A stretch of 41,325 bases of DNA from Hadesarchaea archaeon. Lineage in GTDB: Archaea > Hadarchaeota > Hadarchaeia > Hadarchaeales > Hadarchaeaceae. The stretch covers positions 1 through 41,325 of the forward strand of contig DAOUSU010000001.1 of assembly GCA_030627035.1 (NCBI GenBank), written 5' to 3'. Position 1 is the stretch's first letter; each line of letters begins with the position of its first letter. Below the pieces are notes generated by a model. It was given only the letters and a program-made list of their open reading frames with translations, had not been told where the DNA came from and ran no database searches. A program made the position numbers and the translations under genes. Shown here piece by piece: positions 33,908 to 41,325 of the stretch.

Positions 33908-33939
33908 TCTGCCACCTTGCTAATGATGGGCCACGTAAG

Positions 33940-33949
33940 GCTTTAAATT
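33940..33949. promoter_or_regulatory. TATA-like box GCTTTAAATT (copy 1)
   Basis: An identical 10-mer recurs exactly 200 bp away at 34140-34149. It lies ~35 nt from the asd ATG on the minus strand and ~30 nt upstream of the structured segment on the plus strand. Confidence 0.5.
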
Positions 33950-33972
33950 TTAATTCAGTGGAGATAAGTGGT

Positions 33973-34077
33973 GTTTGATTGCCCCGCCGAAAGTACGGGC
34001 ACATGGTCGGGCCGCTTCCGGCTCCGCCAAAACCCGAGAAATGCCGGTACTGCCGGCTCGGGTTGCCCTGCCCTTTT
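33973..34077 (+). ncRNA. Candidate structured small RNA (three-way junction), function unknown
   Basis: Closing helix GGGCA (33997-34001) / TGCCC (34069-34073). Hairpin GGGCCG-CTTC-CGGCTC (34009-34024, one G:U). Hairpin AACCCGAG...CTCGGGTT with inner GCCGG/CCGGC (34031-34064). TTTT follows at 34074-34077. The G:U favours the plus strand. Confidence 0.35.
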
Positions 34078-34139
34078 CATAAGCAAAAAGGCCCCCCAAA
34101 GAAGTGAGACAAGTTATAGCAGAAGATTGGCGCGGCAGT

Positions 34140-34149
34140 GCTTTAAATT
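34140..34149. promoter_or_regulatory. TATA-like box GCTTTAAATT (copy 2)
   Basis: Same 10-mer as 33940-33949. Repeat R1 begins 26 nt downstream. Confidence 0.45.
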
Positions 34150-34174
34150 GATGATGTGATGGAGATAGCCAGAG

Positions 34175-34198
34175 AGTTTGAATCGTACTAGTGTAGTA
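34175..34198 (+). repeat. 24-nt repeat R1: AGTTTGAATCGTACTAGTGTAGTA
   Basis: Matches R2 at 21 of 24 positions in the same orientation and contains the palindrome ACTAGT. The following ~70 nt end in GGTGGGTTTTT (34256-34266), so a ~90-nt plus-strand transcript is possible. Confidence 0.7.
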
Positions 34199-34311
34199 AA
34201 GCTTGCTCGGTTACTCTCAATACCCAAAGTCGAAGCACTGGGTGTCGAAGCAGCGGTGGGTTTTTCTTGCTATCATTAGAACCCCAACGAGAAGCAACAG
34301 AATTTGGATTA

Positions 34312-34650
34312 TCACCTTTTTTCCTCCAACTTAATTTTATCACCCACCTTCACACCGCAGCGCTCGAGCGTACCAGCTGGAAGCTCCACGAGGACTTGGA
34401 CGGGGACCTGGGGAGAGTAGAACCTCCACGGCTTCAACCGATCCGTTGCCACGGCCCTTCCCTCGAACAGATAAAGGAGGTCGATGGGCCAGCGCACGAA
34501 CCAAGAATGAACAGCTAGGCGCCTCCCTTTCAAAATCAACGCCTTCGGGTGTCTGCGGAACATCAGGCCCCTGAACCGCTTCCACCACGAATTTGCGAGT
34601 TCGGCATGCTCCGCCAGCACCATACCGTTCGTGGTATCTACAACCTTCAT
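34312..34650 (-). CDS. DUF192 (COG1430) domain protein
   Basis: 112 aa. RFRGLMFRR...HSWFVRWPIDLLYL...VLVELPAGT. Confidence 0.65.
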   Translation of the reverse strand: MKVVDTTNGMVLAEHAELANSWWKRFRGLMFRRHPKALILKGRRLAVHSWFVRWPIDLLYLFEGRAVATDRLKPWRFYSPQVPVQVLVELPAGTLERCGVKVGDKIKLEEKR

Positions 34651-34686
34651 TCCCTCTCCTCCCCCGCAAGCTCGCTCGGGCAGATT

Positions 34687-34710
34687 AGTTTGAATCGAAC
34701 TAGTGCAATA
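34687..34710 (+). repeat. 24-nt repeat R2: AGTTTGAATCGAACTAGTGCAATA
   Basis: Partner of R1. Lies 37 nt upstream of the DUF192 ATG in minus-strand sense, between dapB and DUF192. Confidence 0.7.
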
Positions 34711-34760
34711 TTGAAATTTCCCTCTTCCTTTTCTGGCATTTTCCTCTGGTTGCGTGTTAG

Positions 34761-35540
34761 TTACGAACGCAAACCCAAAACATCCTGCATATCCTGAACG
34801 ACGCCCGGCTTACCTTTCTCGACGACGTAGCGGATCGCTTTCATCGCCCCAGCCGCAAACGTCTCACGGCTCTGCGCCCGGTGGACGATCTCGACCCTCT
34901 CCTCGGGGGTGAAGAATATCACCGTGTGTTCCCCGACGACCTCGTCCTCTCGTATAGATTTGATCTTGACCTTGTCCTCGCTCCAGCCGAACTCCTTCGC
35001 GATGATCTGCGCCGCCTTCCGCGCGGTCCCGCTTGGGGCATCGCGCTTGTGCACGTGATGTCTCTCCACGATCTCGACCACGTAATCGCGCCCCAACATC
35101 CTCGCGGTTTCTCTGACCGTATTAAAAAATACATTCACGCCGACCGACATGTTCGGTGAGATGATCGCCCGAATGTCCCCCCTTTTGATAGCCCCCTCCA
35201 TCTCAGCTCTTTGTTCGGCCGTGAAGCCCGTGGTGCCCACGACCACGGAAACGCCGGCCTCCGAGGCGGTCTTGACGTTCTGAACCGAGGCATCCGCTCT
35301 AGTAAAATCCACCAAGACATCTGGTTTTGATTTTTTCAACACCTCAGCCAGTTTGTCCGCCCCGACGATTTTCACACCAAGCTCGCCCACGCCAGCGAGT
35401 TCTCCGGCGTCCCTTCCAGCGCTCGGAGTACTGGGGGCATCGGTGGCCGCGACCAACTTCATGTCGTTCTGTTTCATGAGCTGACGAACGATCAGCCCGC
35501 CCATCCGCCCGCAGGCACCACAGACGGCGACACGAATCAC
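34761..35540 (-). CDS. dapB: 4-hydroxy-tetrahydrodipicolinate reductase
   Basis: 259 aa. IRVAVCGACGRMG and HHVHKRDAPSGTA. Confidence 0.88.
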   Translation of the reverse strand: MIRVAVCGACGRMGGLIVRQLMKQNDMKLVAATDAPSTPSAGRDAGELAGVGELGVKIVGADKLAEVLKKSKPDVLVDFTRADASVQNVKTASEAGVSVVVGTTGFTAEQRAEMEGAIKRGDIRAIISPNMSVGVNVFFNTVRETARMLGRDYVVEIVERHHVHKRDAPSGTARKAAQIIAKEFGWSEDKVKIKSIREDEVVGEHTVIFFTPEERVEIVHRAQSRETFAAGAMKAIRYVVEKGKPGVVQDMQDVLGLRS

Positions 35541-36421
35541 TTCACCAATCCCATGTCGACCAATACTTTGCGCAGCTTCGCTTGATTTTCGGGTTCCAGC
35601 TCGACCAACGGGAGCCTGGGCCCTCCAGCTGCCATCCCCATCCAGTTCATGGCCATCTTGACCGGCCCAGGATTCGTCTCGATGAAAAGTACCTTGAAAA
35701 GTGGTGCTAATTCGGCGTTGATTTTTTCAGCCGTTTTAACATCACCCGACCGGAAGGAATCCACCATCTTGGCCACCTTGTCGGGCACGAGGTTCGATGC
35801 TACCGAGATGATGCCGACTCCACCAAGCTTCATGATCTCGAGCGTGTCCGAGTCGTTCCCGGAAACCACCGAGAAATTTTCACCTCTGGTCAACTCAATT
35901 ATTCGCGCCACCTGGTCGAGTTTGCCGCTCGCCTCCTTCACGCTCACGATGTTCTTCAGCTTGGCCAGCTTTGCCATGGTCTCGGGCAGCATGTTCACGC
36001 CGGTGCGTGAGGGGATGTTGTAGATGACCTGGGGTAGGTCGACCTCCTCGGCAATGTGCTTGTAGTGCTGATAGAGCCCGGCTTGGGTCGGCTTGTTGTA
36101 GTAGGGCACCACCAGCAGCGCCCCATCGGCGCCGACTTCCTTTGCGTGCCGGGTCAACATTGTGGCCTCTCGCGTCGAGTTGCTTCCGGTGCCGGCCAAC
36201 ACGGGTACCCTCTCATTTGTGGCATCGACCACGATTTCGACGACGCGGTTGTGCTCCTCGTATGAAAGCGTCGCGCACTCGCCGGTTGTCCCCACCGGCA
36301 CGAGGCCGTGAATCCCGCGTTCGATCTGAAAATTTACGTTTGCCCGAAGGCCGTCCTCGTCGAGTTCTCCCGATTTGTCGAACGGGGTTACCATTGCGGT
36401 CAAGGCACCTTCGAACTTCAT
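35537..36421 (-). CDS. dapA: 4-hydroxy-tetrahydrodipicolinate synthase
   Basis: 294 aa. ALTAMVTPF, VGTTGE, YNIPSRTG and the VKEASG Lys context. Confidence 0.9.
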   Translation of the reverse strand: MKFEGALTAMVTPFDKSGELDEDGLRANVNFQIERGIHGLVPVGTTGECATLSYEEHNRVVEIVVDATNERVPVLAGTGSNSTREATMLTRHAKEVGADGALLVVPYYNKPTQAGLYQHYKHIAEEVDLPQVIYNIPSRTGVNMLPETMAKLAKLKNIVSVKEASGKLDQVARIIELTRGENFSVVSGNDSDTLEIMKLGGVGIISVASNLVPDKVAKMVDSFRSGDVKTAEKINAELAPLFKVLFIETNPGPVKMAMNWMGMAAGGPRLPLVELEPENQAKLRKVLVDMGLVK

Positions 36422-37656
36422 GCTCCAACCTCCTTCATCGCCTGCCGCAGAAGCCTAAGCGCTCTTGAGGAGTCCGCCCAGTTGACAAAGAAGGTGATCG
36501 AAGCCCTACTTGAAAAAACCTCGATGATGTTTATCCGCTCGCGGGCCAGCGGTCCTGCCAATTTTGCGACGATCCCGGGCGTTTCTATGAAATGCTCGCT
36601 CTCGGCGATCAGCATTGCGATATCTCCATTCTTCGTCACGGATTTCATCGATTTATGGTTTGTTACGATCCCGTGCAGCAGCTCGAGCGCCCGCTGAGAT
36701 TGCTCCTCCGTCACGTAAAGGGAAAAAGACCTCGGGCCGACCGAGACGCCGAATATGTTTACCTTCGCCTCGCTCAGCGGCTGGGATGCCTTTGCGAGTA
36801 TCCCTGGCGTGGCCTGCATTTCCTCGCCAACTATCGTCAGCATGGCAAGCGGTTTTTCATATGTCTTGACGCCCATTCGCTCACCTTTGGGCCCAATTAT
36901 AGTGGTCCCCTTTGTGGATAAATTACCGTGACGGAAGTGTATTATCTTTGCGTTTACCCCCGGCCCCTTGTAATTGAGGGCACTCGGATGCAAAATCCGC
37001 GCACCGTAGCTTGCTAAATCGCGCATCTCCTCGACCCCGATCCGCTTGATCAAGTGCGGGTTCTTGATCATGTTTGGGTCAGCGCTCATCACCCCCTCCA
37101 CGTCCTTGACGATGATCACCTCGTCAGCTCCAAGGCATGAGGCGATGACGAAAGCCGTTATATCGCTGCCCCCCCTGCCGATTGTAGTTGTTCGTCCTTT
37201 TGCATCCCTGCCGAGGAAGCCGCATATCACCGGGATGATCCCTCGGTCCACAAGCGGTGAGATATATTTTTGAACCCTGAGGTGGGTCTTTGCCAAATCC
37301 ACCTTTGCCCTGCCGAAGTTGTCGTCAGTTACGATGGGCCATTCCTCGCATGATGGATCTATGTATCGCGCGTTCGTTCCATGGCTTCGAAGCGCGGCAG
37401 CGAAAACTCGCACGGCAGCTCGCTCGCCCATCGCCGTTATCTCGTCCAGCTCGCCTGCGGTGACTTGCCCATTTGTGCAGACCTTTGTGACTTCGACGAG
37501 TTCGTCGGTGGCATTCCCCATGGCGGACGCCACGACCGCGATCCGTGTGCCCTTCTTGAATTCATTAACCACCGAACGGGCAGCCCACCTAACCCTCTCC
37601 CCATCGGCTATCGTTGCGCCTCCGAATTTCACGACGATTCTCTTCATTCCAACCAA
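36418..37656 (-). CDS. lysC: Aspartate kinase with C-terminal ACT domains
   Basis: 412 aa. VVKFGGATI and GRGGSDITA. Confidence 0.88.
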   Translation of the reverse strand: MVGMKRIVVKFGGATIADGERVRWAARSVVNEFKKGTRIAVVASAMGNATDELVEVTKVCTNGQVTAGELDEITAMGERAAVRVFAAALRSHGTNARYIDPSCEEWPIVTDDNFGRAKVDLAKTHLRVQKYISPLVDRGIIPVICGFLGRDAKGRTTTIGRGGSDITAFVIASCLGADEVIIVKDVEGVMSADPNMIKNPHLIKRIGVEEMRDLASYGARILHPSALNYKGPGVNAKIIHFRHGNLSTKGTTIIGPKGERMGVKTYEKPLAMLTIVGEEMQATPGILAKASQPLSEAKVNIFGVSVGPRSFSLYVTEEQSQRALELLHGIVTNHKSMKSVTKNGDIAMLIAESEHFIETPGIVAKLAGPLARERINIIEVFSSRASITFFVNWADSSRALRLLRQAMKEVGA

Positions 37657-38957
37657 CTCGGGATTCGGTCAAGGTGAATCAAATCCTCGTAGGTCTCCCG
37701 CCCCCTAACGAGCTCAGCCTTGCCAGAATTCACGAGCACCATCGCCGGTCGGGGTTTTGCCGTGTGCTGGCTGGACATCGCAAGCCCATAGGCACCGACA
37801 TCGAAGATCACCGCCAAATCACCCGGTTCGACTGGGGGCAACTTTCTGCGCTTGCCCAGGAAATCTCCGGACTCGCAAAGCGGTCCGGCAACGTTGAACA
37901 GCTTCGAGTTCTCTTCGGTTATCCGGTTGGCGATCTCGATGTGGTGGTAAGCACCGTAGAGGGCGGGCCTGATCAAAGCGTTCATCCCTGCGTCGACGGC
38001 TACCCAATCGGGCACGCCGGGGCGATGTTTCGTGTGGCCGACCCTCGCGAGCAGCACGCTGGCATCCGCAATTATGTAACGCCCGGGTTCGAGGATCAAC
38101 GTTGGCGTCGGTAGGCCCTTTTCCTCAACGGATTTTTCGATTACCTTCACGACTCGCTCGGCCACCTGCTCTGGCGGGAGCTCGCGCTCCTCAGGAGTGT
38201 ACGGTGTCCCCAAACCGCCGCCGAGATCGATGAACTGGAGGTAAATGCCGAGCCTATCCTTGATTTCTGCAACTAACGCCATGAGTCGCTTGGCCTCCTC
38301 CTCGAATGGAGCGGCATCGAGGATTTGAGATCCTATGTGAGCTTGGATGCCGACAACCTCGATGTTTTTCATCCGTGATGCGCGCTTGTACGCGTCAAGC
38401 GCCTGACCGCTCGCGACATCGAAGCCGAACTTGCTCTCCCGCAGTCCCGTGGCTATGTAGGGATGCGTTGGCGTCTTGATATCTGGGTTCACCCTGAATC
38501 CGATTCGCGCCTTTTTTCCGACGTGAAGGGCTACTTGCGCGACCGTTTCAAGTTCTTGGAAGTTATCGATGTTTATCAAAACGTTATTGATTACGGCAAG
38601 TTCGAGTTCGGGGATTGTCTTATAATTGCCGTTGAAGACCATCCGCTCCCCTTGGATGCCTACTTTAAGGGCGTTCTGAAGCTCGTTGCCCGAGCTGACT
38701 TCGGCCCCGGCCCCTTCGCTTTGGAGGACCTTGCAGACGGCTAGGTTGGAGTTCGCCTTGAGGGCGTAGCACACGAGCACGCTTGGCCATCGCTCGACGA
38801 ACGCGCGGTGAAAACGGCGGTAGTTCTCGCGCACGCGCTGCTCATCGACAACATACAGGGGCGTTCCGAATCGTTCGGCAAGCTCGACCGCATCGCAGCC
38901 ACCGATCACCAAATGCCCTCGCGCGTTGACCTTGAAGTGAGGTTTCAGCATCAGCAT
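37644..38957 (-). CDS. lysA: Diaminopimelate decarboxylase
   Basis: 437 aa. YALKANSN (PLP Lys), DLGGGLG and CESGD. Confidence 0.88.
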   Translation of the reverse strand: MLMLKPHFKVNARGHLVIGGCDAVELAERFGTPLYVVDEQRVRENYRRFHRAFVERWPSVLVCYALKANSNLAVCKVLQSEGAGAEVSSGNELQNALKVGIQGERMVFNGNYKTIPELELAVINNVLINIDNFQELETVAQVALHVGKKARIGFRVNPDIKTPTHPYIATGLRESKFGFDVASGQALDAYKRASRMKNIEVVGIQAHIGSQILDAAPFEEEAKRLMALVAEIKDRLGIYLQFIDLGGGLGTPYTPEERELPPEQVAERVVKVIEKSVEEKGLPTPTLILEPGRYIIADASVLLARVGHTKHRPGVPDWVAVDAGMNALIRPALYGAYHHIEIANRITEENSKLFNVAGPLCESGDFLGKRRKLPPVEPGDLAVIFDVGAYGLAMSSQHTAKPRPAMVLVNSGKAELVRGRETYEDLIHLDRIPSWLE

Positions 38958-40231
38958 TTTCGCCCGACCTCGCGAAGGGCATCATCAAGGATGTCCAGGC
39001 CAAGTTCGAGTTCGCCCCTGCTTATTATCAGGGGAGGGGCTATGCGGATAACCGAGCGCCCACCTCGGAAGACGATGAGCCCGTGATCCAGAGCTGCCTT
39101 CACGACCGCGTTTCGCTCCTTGATCGCACGCTCCTTCGTTCGCTTGTCTTTTACCATCTCCACCGCAAGCAGGAGCCCCTTCCCCCTGACTTCACCGACT
39201 AGGTTGGACCTCTCACCCATCTCCCGCAATCGTTTCAGCGCCAGTGCGCCGAGTTTCGCAGCCCTTTTGACGAGCTTTTGCTTTTTCAAGATATCAAGGC
39301 CAGCTAAGGCGGCCGCACACGCTATTAGGTTGCCCCCGAAGGTCGAGGCATGCGCCCCCGGTTCCCAGTCCATGACCTCCGCCCGGGCGATCGTCGCACC
39401 TATCGGAGCCATCCCTCCCGCGAGCGCCTTCGCCACGCAAACTATGTCCGGAACTACCCCCCAATGTTCCATCGCGAACATCTTGCCCGTTCGCCCCAAG
39501 CCGGTTTGGATCTCGTCCGCGATGAAGAGCCAGTCGTGCTCCTCGCATAACTCCTTCAGCATCGGGTAGTACTCAGGCGGGGGAATGATGTAACCCGAGC
39601 TTCCCTGAATCGGCTCGGCGATGACCGCCGCAACTTCTTCTGGTGGGACCACTTTTACCAGCGACTCGCGGATGAAGTCAATGCATGCGAAATCACATCC
39701 GGGGTAGCTTTGTTTGAATGGGCACCGGTAACAGTACGGATAAGGCATGAAGGTAACTCCGGGCACGAGGGGGGCAAAATATCGATGATGCACGATGTTG
39801 ACCGAGGACAAACTCATGGCTCCAAAGGTCCGGCCATGGAATGCACCGGTGTACGCGATCATGCGTGGGCGGCGGGTGTGCCAGCGGGCGCACTTGAATG
39901 CCGCTTCAACCGCTTCAGCCCCGCTATTTCCAAAGTAAACGCGTTTGGCGAAGTTGCCGGGGGTGAGCTCGACTAACCTTTCGGCTAGCTCGACCTGCGA
40001 CTCGTAATAAAAGTCGGTGCCAGCGAAGTGGGTGAGCTTCGTTGCTTGCTGCGTAACGGCCCGGATGAGCTTTGGGTGAGAGTAACCGTAGTTGAGGACG
40101 AACATGCCCGAGGAGAGGTCCAGAAAAACGTTGCCATCGATGTCGTGCACGTAACAGCCCCAACCCTCTCGTGCGACTATGGGCTCGGTTCGGGTGTATG
40201 AGGGGGACATAACTCGTTTATCGCGCTCCAC
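38951..40231 (-). CDS. Class III PLP aminotransferase (acetylornithine/GABA/DapC-like), first gene of the lys operon
   Basis: 426 aa. NSGAEAVE, ADEIQTGLGRTG and VAKALAGG. Start is GTG 40231 or ATG 40210. Confidence 0.75.
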   Translation of the reverse strand: MERDKRVMSPSYTRTEPIVAREGWGCYVHDIDGNVFLDLSSGMFVLNYGYSHPKLIRAVTQQATKLTHFAGTDFYYESQVELAERLVELTPGNFAKRVYFGNSGAEAVEAAFKCARWHTRRPRMIAYTGAFHGRTFGAMSLSSVNIVHHRYFAPLVPGVTFMPYPYCYRCPFKQSYPGCDFACIDFIRESLVKVVPPEEVAAVIAEPIQGSSGYIIPPPEYYPMLKELCEEHDWLFIADEIQTGLGRTGKMFAMEHWGVVPDIVCVAKALAGGMAPIGATIARAEVMDWEPGAHASTFGGNLIACAAALAGLDILKKQKLVKRAAKLGALALKRLREMGERSNLVGEVRGKGLLLAVEMVKDKRTKERAIKERNAVVKAALDHGLIVFRGGRSVIRIAPPLIISRGELELGLDILDDALREVGRKC

Positions 40232-40426
40232 GAACCTCCGAGCCAGTGGGCCTGGGAGCGGTTTTACTATCTGGGGGCCGCCTTTTGTCCATGCAGGTTT
40301 GGGCAGGGGATCACCTCACAGCTTTACTCAAATGGTATATCTTAAATAATTGCGGACTGGCACCGCCTAGCTTTTATATTTGGGAGGGAGCTTTCCTTCA
40401 GAGGCGAGATCACGATAGAATCAAAA

Positions 40427-41296
40427 ATGCACGCAAGCAAGCGAGATTTGTCGGCCGTGCTTCCCAAACGGAGACCCGAGTCCCACAAGGGTGAGCACGG
40501 AAGGTTGCTTATCATTGGAGGCGGGTCGCGCTACGTTGGGGCACCGGCGCTGGCGGGCTTAGCCGCGCTGCGCTCGGGCGTCGACCTAGCGATAGTTGCG
40601 GCACCAGAAAAGGCCGCTTGGACTATCAACACTTTTTCCCCCGACCTCATCACCATCAAGCTCTCATGCCGCGACCTAGAGCCCGCGGTCCTCCCCTGCC
40701 TGCAGGATGAACTCAGACTCTCTACGGCGCTTGTGGTGGGTTCCGGTTTGGGAACGCTCGCGAAGACACACGATGCGGTTATCGAGCTCGCGCGGGCGCT
40801 CAAGGAAAATTATCCGAACTTGCCAGCCGTATTCGACGCTGATGGGCTGAAGGCGCTTGCATCTGAGAGGGACCTTCCCCGAGGGATGCCCTGGGTACTG
40901 ACTCCCCACGCGCGGGAGTTTGAACTCCTGACGGGCGCGGACTTGCCCCCCCAGCTGGAGGGAAGGATCAAGCAAGTTGAGGCGGCCGCTAGGGAACTCG
41001 GGTGCGTGGTTCTGCTCAAGGCTTGGGTCGACGTGATAGCTGGCCCCGAAGGGCAGACTAAAGTCAATCATACAGGCAACCCCGGCATGACCGTTGGGGG
41101 CACTGGGGATGTGCTTGCTGGCGTGGTTGGTGCTCTCCTCGCGCAGGGGGTTGGGCCATTCCGTGCGGCGGTCGCTGGAGCTTGGGCATGCGGACGTGCT
41201 GGCGACCTGTGTTTTAAAGGAATGGGTTACGAGTTCACAGCATCGGACCTGATCGAAAAATTGCCATCGGTTTTCGCAGGGGCAAGTAGGAGGTGA
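40427..41296 (+). CDS. nnrD: ADP-dependent NAD(P)H-hydrate dehydratase (YjeF C-terminal domain only)
   Basis: 289 aa. HKGEHGRLLIIGG and GTGDVLAG. Confidence 0.82.
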   Translation: MHASKRDLSAVLPKRRPESHKGEHGRLLIIGGGSRYVGAPALAGLAALRSGVDLAIVAAPEKAAWTINTFSPDLITIKLSCRDLEPAVLPCLQDELRLSTALVVGSGLGTLAKTHDAVIELARALKENYPNLPAVFDADGLKALASERDLPRGMPWVLTPHAREFELLTGADLPPQLEGRIKQVEAAARELGCVVLLKAWVDVIAGPEGQTKVNHTGNPGMTVGGTGDVLAGVVGALLAQGVGPFRAAVAGAWACGRAGDLCFKGMGYEFTASDLIEKLPSVFAGASRR

Positions 41297-41300
41297 TCAC

Positions 41301-41325
41301 ATGGCGAAATTCAGGGAGGCTGAGC
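41301..41325 (+). CDS. 5' end of an unidentified CDS (partial, runs off the right edge)
   Basis: ATG at 41301 preceded by GGAGGTG. Only 8 codons (MAKFREAE) are visible. Confidence 0.3.

Noticed and set aside
34148-34160. C-box-like TGATGATGTGATGG suggesting a C/D box sRNA
   Set aside because: No CTGA D or D' box lies within the next ~70 nt on that strand, and there is no terminal stem.
1-41325. CRISPR arrays, integrases, transposases, toxin-antitoxin pairs or defence-system genes
   Set aside because: No regularly spaced repeats and no ORF with the corresponding motifs were seen. The only repeats are the short ones reported above.

Overview
Archaeal chromosomal segment, mostly housekeeping genes. 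Archaeal markers are ribosomal protein S17e, aRF1, fused ThiD-ThiN, GTP cyclohydrolase III, Thi4 and an A1:U72 initiator tRNA. The multi-intron tRNAs and a PPi-PFK/aldolase operon suggest a TACK/Thermoproteota-like lineage (inference only). Left to right: 3' end of the 23S rRNA with no linked 5S; rps17e plus a 58-aa ferredoxin missing from the ORF track; thiDN; GTP cyclohydrolase III; an RHH regulator; metG-PHP; DJ-1; a translationally coupled mtaD-ahcY pair; a divergent TrpE-like enzyme; aRF1; pyrH; valS; dCMP deaminase; PPi-PFK with a LacD-type aldolase; and an MBL / UPRTase-like / RAM-domain operon behind tRNA-Ala. A sulfur-incorporation neighbourhood follows: LarE-like, Thi4, a THUMP-less ThiI-like protein, tRNA-Cys, a MoaD/SAMP-like protein, DUF1858 and DUF362-FeS. 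After it come a low-GC group 3b NiFe sulfhydrogenase operon with its maturation protease, sufCB, and a lysine (DAP) operon of aminotransferase-lysA-lysC-dapA-dapB-DUF192-asd, then nnrD. The most unusual signals are in RNA genes. tRNA-Ile(GAU) appears to carry two short introns (37/38 and variable loop). Initiator tRNA-Met appears to carry introns in both the D-loop and the T-loop (134-nt gene). A perfect tRNA 3' half at 10729-10763 has no 5' half in cis. The asd upstream region holds two identical TATA-like boxes exactly 200 bp apart, a GC-rich three-way-junction RNA candidate, and a 24-nt repeat bracketing the DUF192 gene. Two conserved proteins (MBL hydrolase, hydrogenase large subunit) seem to need non-canonical ATT starts. 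No CRISPR array, integrase or transposase was seen. All homology calls rest on remembered family motifs, not database searches.
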